Positions 60,701-64,000 of a DNA stretch of 64,000 nucleotides are shown here, in pieces. A program made the translations under genes and the position numbers. Under the pieces are notes generated by a model. That model was not told the DNA's origin and did not search any database. It was given only the letters and a program-made list of their open reading frames with translations. Numbering within the stretch: the first letter of the stretch is position 1; each line of letters starts with the position of its first letter. The stretch is from the sequence record OQ828465.1. One strand, given 5' to 3'.

Positions 60701-62039
60701 TCGAATCTTCTTGAGCTTGCTCGAATGTATTCGCAGAAATCATATTCACGCGATACATGTCGTATGCTTTAGCTCTAATGGCATCGATTAGTTTATCTTC
60801 TTCATCAACTTCAGTATTGATGAATAACTCATCTTCTGGTACATCTGTTACAATGAGTTCCTTCTCTTCTTTAATTTGGCGAGAAGGTGAAGATTCCAGT
60901 GGATCTTTTTCAATGATAAGCTTTGTTACCTCAAGATCACTTTCTGGTGGTGGGGTATATGTTACCTCAATTGCGCCAATATCAATTAAGTTAGTTAAGT
61001 TGGTTGGGTCAAATTGAACATCATCAATAACATCAACTTCAGTTACTTCTTCTTCAACGTTATTAGACTCAACATCCTCAACCTCTTCTGCTTCACCTTC
61101 TTCATAACTAACCGGAGTTTCTTCATCAACAATAATATCTTCATTAAAGATAGGCGTATCTTCTTTAATTAATGAAGTATTACCTTGGTTATATTCAACC
61201 ATCGCTGATACTAGTGAAATAAGGCGCCTAGCTATTTGCTGGGTATCATAACCTTTATCATCTTTAATTTCTGGATCACGACGCCATTGATCAAGCATCC
61301 CTAAGTTAATAACAAAGAATGAACTTTGTACACGGAATAAAAGATTAATGTTACCGTAATACTTAGCATCGATGACATTCATGAAAGAACTTTCACGATC
61401 ATCAGAAACCCAGCGAACTAAATCAAATATATTTAGAATATCAGGTGTATTGAATTGATTAGCTAGATCTTGAGTTAAACCCCCTCGTAGTTTATTAAAA
61501 GAAGAAGGAGGTGGAACTAACTCAGGTAAGTGTACATCAATGAACTGGTTCCAACCAGGAAAACGTTCACATGCAGCCGCTACGCCACTCCAGAATGTAC
61601 GCATGTCATTTGACCAACGGAACCATGTAGCTTTATAAGAAGCCATATAATTCCATTGAGGGTTAATTAAATTATAATTCATTACCAGAATGTTCTGGTT
61701 TGATAATTTAAAACCGGTATCACTGCGTAAAGGTTTAAAGAAACGGTTCTGGCGGCGAAACTCTTGAATCATTGTTGCTGGGATATTTGAAGTCCTACGT
61801 GGATTACCTTCAAATGTAAGCATATCAGTAACATGCTCAATATATACTTTACCTTGATGTTTGGAGAATAATGGGTCTGTTTGACTAGGACCCATTACTG
61901 CATTATTACCATCGAAGAACTGATAAATGGATTCGAAAGGTAGATCAAGTTTATTTAGAGCATGCAACTTAGGTGACTGAAGTTTAGCATATTCGCGTAC
62001 ACTATAATTTTTCAGAAACTGTGTAATATTTAAGCGCAT
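57684..62039 (-). CDS. gp178: Virion RNA polymerase beta-like subunit
   Basis: 1451 aa; DDPKRINFISIQQQQGI and GDKGVVANQMKTV correspond to beta motifs DDANR..QRQA and GDK..RHGNK. Confidence 0.92.
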   Translation of the reverse strand: MRLNITQFLKNYSVREYAKLQSPKLHALNKLDLPFESIYQFFDGNNAVMGPSQTDPLFSKHQGKVYIEHVTDMLTFEGNPRRTSNIPATMIQEFRRQNRFFKPLRSDTGFKLSNQNILVMNYNLINPQWNYMASYKATWFRWSNDMRTFWSGVAAACERFPGWNQFIDVHLPELVPPPSSFNKLRGGLTQDLANQFNTPDILNIFDLVRWVSDDRESSFMNVIDAKYYGNINLLFRVQSSFFVINLGMLDQWRRDPEIKDDKGYDTQQIARRLISLVSAMVEYNQGNTSLIKEDTPIFNEDIIVDEETPVSYEEGEAEEVEDVESNNVEEEVTEVDVIDDVQFDPTNLTNLIDIGAIEVTYTPPPESDLEVTKLIIEKDPLESSPSRQIKEEKELIVTDVPEDELFINTEVDEEDKLIDAIRAKAYDMYRVNMISANTFEQAQEDSIMYRRLPDPFTDPNDESVEPMTIAEAMEYHPDDLKIPEDTTFEDKPTIVDKSMLGSKLKAIQRKYNKVLLKKDILNSVLSVQKQGVSVTNYKIETVRDSGNHYQIHKVTLKPIRGRSSQVMFRIPVIDNDGRFMSNGVTYRQRLQRADIPIRKVNPRKVALTSYYNKTFVTRSERAENNFDNWLIRAITNRALDGSDMSVHSVTYAELDQSNYVLPRVYTTLGTAFKGFHNHRNVFYFNFKDRNEFFAKQGLHIEDYETDDLIMVGFNGTDAILLDKNSIFYMKTGNELEPIGTITDILGLDLTKAPLEAILMSIGGKELPLGFILAYHHGLNNLLKKLNVNYQRHQRGTRIVVNSTDYTLAFADEILVFDRADYKAMLVLSGLKRYHKSLRRYSVYDFNKRDVYFRVLEEAGLSNRFTRDIDTLFSAWVDPITEGLLKEMGEPTTFEGLLYRSVELLTNDWSPAEVDGAYMRYRGYERMAGAIFNELNRAVRVFNMRNGGSVQTVELDPHVIWRKIVQDPTVATIEDSNPIANIREQEAMTYRGDGGRGPTSMVARTRIYGEADVGVVSESTVDSGDVGVIAYLVPDANFVNMRGVTRMFDPKTDGPARLLSTSALLGVATEHDDPKRINFISIQQQQGIYADGYTVTPVRTGYEQIIAQRTSSIFAVAAEQDGEVVAIDEYGIQVKYADGNVFGYQLGTVHGTAAGVNYPHILVTSLKKGDKFKRGDTITYNKRYFSEDRYTPGQVLWKAGCMAVVAFDDNLDTLEDGSVISEDLAKRLNTQTTAIKNIDVRFDQTIRDMVKVGDHVDLNSILCIIEDPETAAHSLYDEASIETLRKLSAYSPRAKLVGTVSKIECFYHGEIDDMTPSLQALANTSDKQRAERAKSLKEPTFTGQVDANYRVKGRALEYDHMIIRVYIDHDIPCGVGDKGVVANQMKTVFSRVMTGRNETEDGRNIDLLFGNTSVEERMVLSPKIIATTTGILWAAGKHLVAVYRGNTNAKAK

Positions 62040-62041
62040 GA

Positions 62042-63694
62042 TTAATCCCTTTGTTTGGGTTCCCCAGTCATGTACCGAAGAGTTAAATTGAGTGTATGGA
62101 TACCAACACTAAATGCCAGTCGACCATCGGCATGTATATATGCAATACGTTTCTTAAAGAAAGCATCTGTTTCAGCGATAGCTTCCTCTGAATAAACTGC
62201 GTTAAATGATACAGTGTCCCCGTCGAAATCCGCCCCCAATGGCGCGAGAATAGAAGGAGAGATGGATACTGAGTCATGCCACTGGGCTGGTTTATTTAAT
62301 TCAAACACAGGGAATTCTAAGGCTGGTTCCAACGTATCATCACGTTCCCATTGATCATTTAACGGATAACGTAATTCACCCACTACGGTTGTTTTAACAT
62401 ACATCTTACAGGGGATAGAGCTATTGTAGTTTTCTACAGGATATCGTGTAACAAACGCTGAGTTTGTTCGCCACATACTTAATCCACTAAGGTAAACTAA
62501 TTCGGCATAAGTAATAGGTCTAACAAATTTCTTATTTAGATTAGTAGGTAACTCATCGATGTTGCGGAATATTTTAAAATTCTGTTTATCATCAACGTAA
62601 ATAAGGGCTAGATAATGATCAGCAATTTCAATTGCACGTGAACGTTTTTCAATGACATCTAACTCATTGATGATTTGTTCTTGCCCTTCAGGAGTTCCCC
62701 ATAGATCCATATCTTCGTTAGAGATATCAACCCATTCTAAACGTAGTGTTTTCTTATTGATGAGCTGTACAGTGTTAGTAACTGTATCAAACACTTCACC
62801 AACTACACCTTGCCTTAGTGCAAAGATTGTACGCGGTGCAACTGAACGAGCTGCTTGATGTAAGCCAACTACGGCATCTTTGAATGTTGGTCGATTAGGT
62901 GAATCAAGATCAGCAGCATTAGTATCTAGCGAACTAATGACGTTACGTGTACCATTGGCAATACGACGGGATGCCCATTTAGATTGAATGTATCCACGTT
63001 TACCGGATAGCAGTCGTTCATAATGTTCATAAATAGCTAATACGGTGTTTTGCATTGCTACTCGTTTGCGATCATAGATACTCAAGTCATCATTTGGTCC
63101 AAAGCTATCAGGTACACCAAACGACTGATTTAATAGATACCTATAGTGTTCATTGATCTCATCCATCTCAACACGATTATTCTCATCAATCTCTGCATCA
63201 CGATAAGCGGCTGGTGTTACAAGCATGTCTTTAAAAATACAGTTATCTTTATATTTTTCGATTAATTGTAACCTTGATAGCCGAACCCCTGACTTAGTGG
63301 ACCCAAAGTCAATTCGTTTCCAGTTATCAAAAAAGAATGTATAACCAGTTTTACCAGTTAGTTCATCGGCGCGGATAAAATCTTTAATAGATTCGTCAAA
63401 TACTGCAAATGCCTTACCAAGAATAATTTCTTCATAGAAAGCTTTTAATTTAATTAAGTTTCGATATACAGCTGGATGGATAAGTTCTAAACCTAAATGA
63501 ATATATCCAAATAAACTCTCACGATCAGTTGATCCAACTCTTCCAAAAATGGAAACAGAGAACAAACCATCTTCATGAAAGTTACCACCTAAACCTTCAA
63601 ATATCTCATGACTCTTTACTTGACCTAAGAACTTTAATTGTTCTTTAGTAGGAATAAGTAAAGAAATATTAAAAGGAACTAATGCCTTCTTCAT
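62042..63694 (-). CDS. gp180: Virion RNA polymerase beta'-like subunit carrying the catalytic motif
   Basis: 550 aa; GADFDGD catalytic motif; LLSGKRG and FVTRYP beta' motifs. Confidence 0.92.
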   Translation of the reverse strand: MKKALVPFNISLLIPTKEQLKFLGQVKSHEIFEGLGGNFHEDGLFSVSIFGRVGSTDRESLFGYIHLGLELIHPAVYRNLIKLKAFYEEIILGKAFAVFDESIKDFIRADELTGKTGYTFFFDNWKRIDFGSTKSGVRLSRLQLIEKYKDNCIFKDMLVTPAAYRDAEIDENNRVEMDEINEHYRYLLNQSFGVPDSFGPNDDLSIYDRKRVAMQNTVLAIYEHYERLLSGKRGYIQSKWASRRIANGTRNVISSLDTNAADLDSPNRPTFKDAVVGLHQAARSVAPRTIFALRQGVVGEVFDTVTNTVQLINKKTLRLEWVDISNEDMDLWGTPEGQEQIINELDVIEKRSRAIEIADHYLALIYVDDKQNFKIFRNIDELPTNLNKKFVRPITYAELVYLSGLSMWRTNSAFVTRYPVENYNSSIPCKMYVKTTVVGELRYPLNDQWERDDTLEPALEFPVFELNKPAQWHDSVSISPSILAPLGADFDGDTVSFNAVYSEEAIAETDAFFKKRIAYIHADGRLAFSVGIHTLNLTLRYMTGEPKQRD

Positions 63695-63769
63695 TTTCTA
63701 TTTTCCTATTTTGGTAATACTAAGTTAAACAACGATATGATACTTTACTAATCGTCAATGGAGTTTAAT

Positions 63770-64000
63770 ATGGCCAAGAAGGTAACATTGCCCAAAGGTC
63801 AAACTGGTGCAACCGGTACAACATTAGGGCAAGCCGGTAATATTCTTGACTTAAGTGATATCGATGATATTTTTGGTGATACACCGAAAGCTAAAAAGGG
63901 ATCACCTGTCACTGAATTTTTTAATGGTATTAAACAAGGACTCTTTGACTCTGTTAAACCACAACAAGCTTTAAAAGCATTCATGCGGTCTGCGGCACCA
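63770..64000 (+). CDS. gp181: 5' end of the large tail (tape-measure/lysin) protein, truncated by the window
   Basis: ATG 63770 with GGAG RBS; open to the window end ([16 protein letters not shown]...); divergent from gp180 as in phiKZ. Confidence 0.75.
   Translation, partial: MAKKVTLPKGQTGATGTTLGQAGNILDLSDIDDIFGDTPKAKKGSPVTEFFNGIKQGLFDSVKPQQALKAFMRSAAP

Overview
The window is part of an AT-rich Pseudomonas jumbo (nucleus-forming) phage genome of the phiKZ group (Phikzvirus). The strongest evidence is a near-exact KZ144 endolysin and a gene order and protein sizes matching phiKZ gp124-gp181 as I recall them; gp numbers were assigned from memory and synteny, not a database search. It holds about 63 densely packed genes: portal, baseplate and tail-fibre paralogues (gp131-135), collagen-like fibre gp146, PAAR and spike, inner-head/ejection proteins, prohead protease gp175, split virion RNA polymerase subunits (gp149, gp176, gp178, gp180), RecA-like gp152, RNase H gp155, SbcC-like gp165, a RuvC-like resolvase, lysis genes and the 5' end of gp181. 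I found no tRNA, CRISPR array, intron or mobile element. Best leads: (1) a pair of 2OG-Fe(II) oxygenase-fold genes inside the tail-fibre module of a phage with a collagen-like fibre, a possible virion-protein hydroxylation system; (2) an interleaved-helix, anti-Shine-Dalgarno RNA leader that could silence the endolysin on read-through mRNA; (3) a family of CATA-[GC hairpin]-TATG elements at convergent gene junctions; (4) an embedded o-spanin, a holin candidate and a second spanin-like membrane/lipoprotein pair; (5) an early island with a duplicated 31-bp promoter driving membrane-anchored proteins; (6) two small, easily overlooked genes of 58 and 65 aa.
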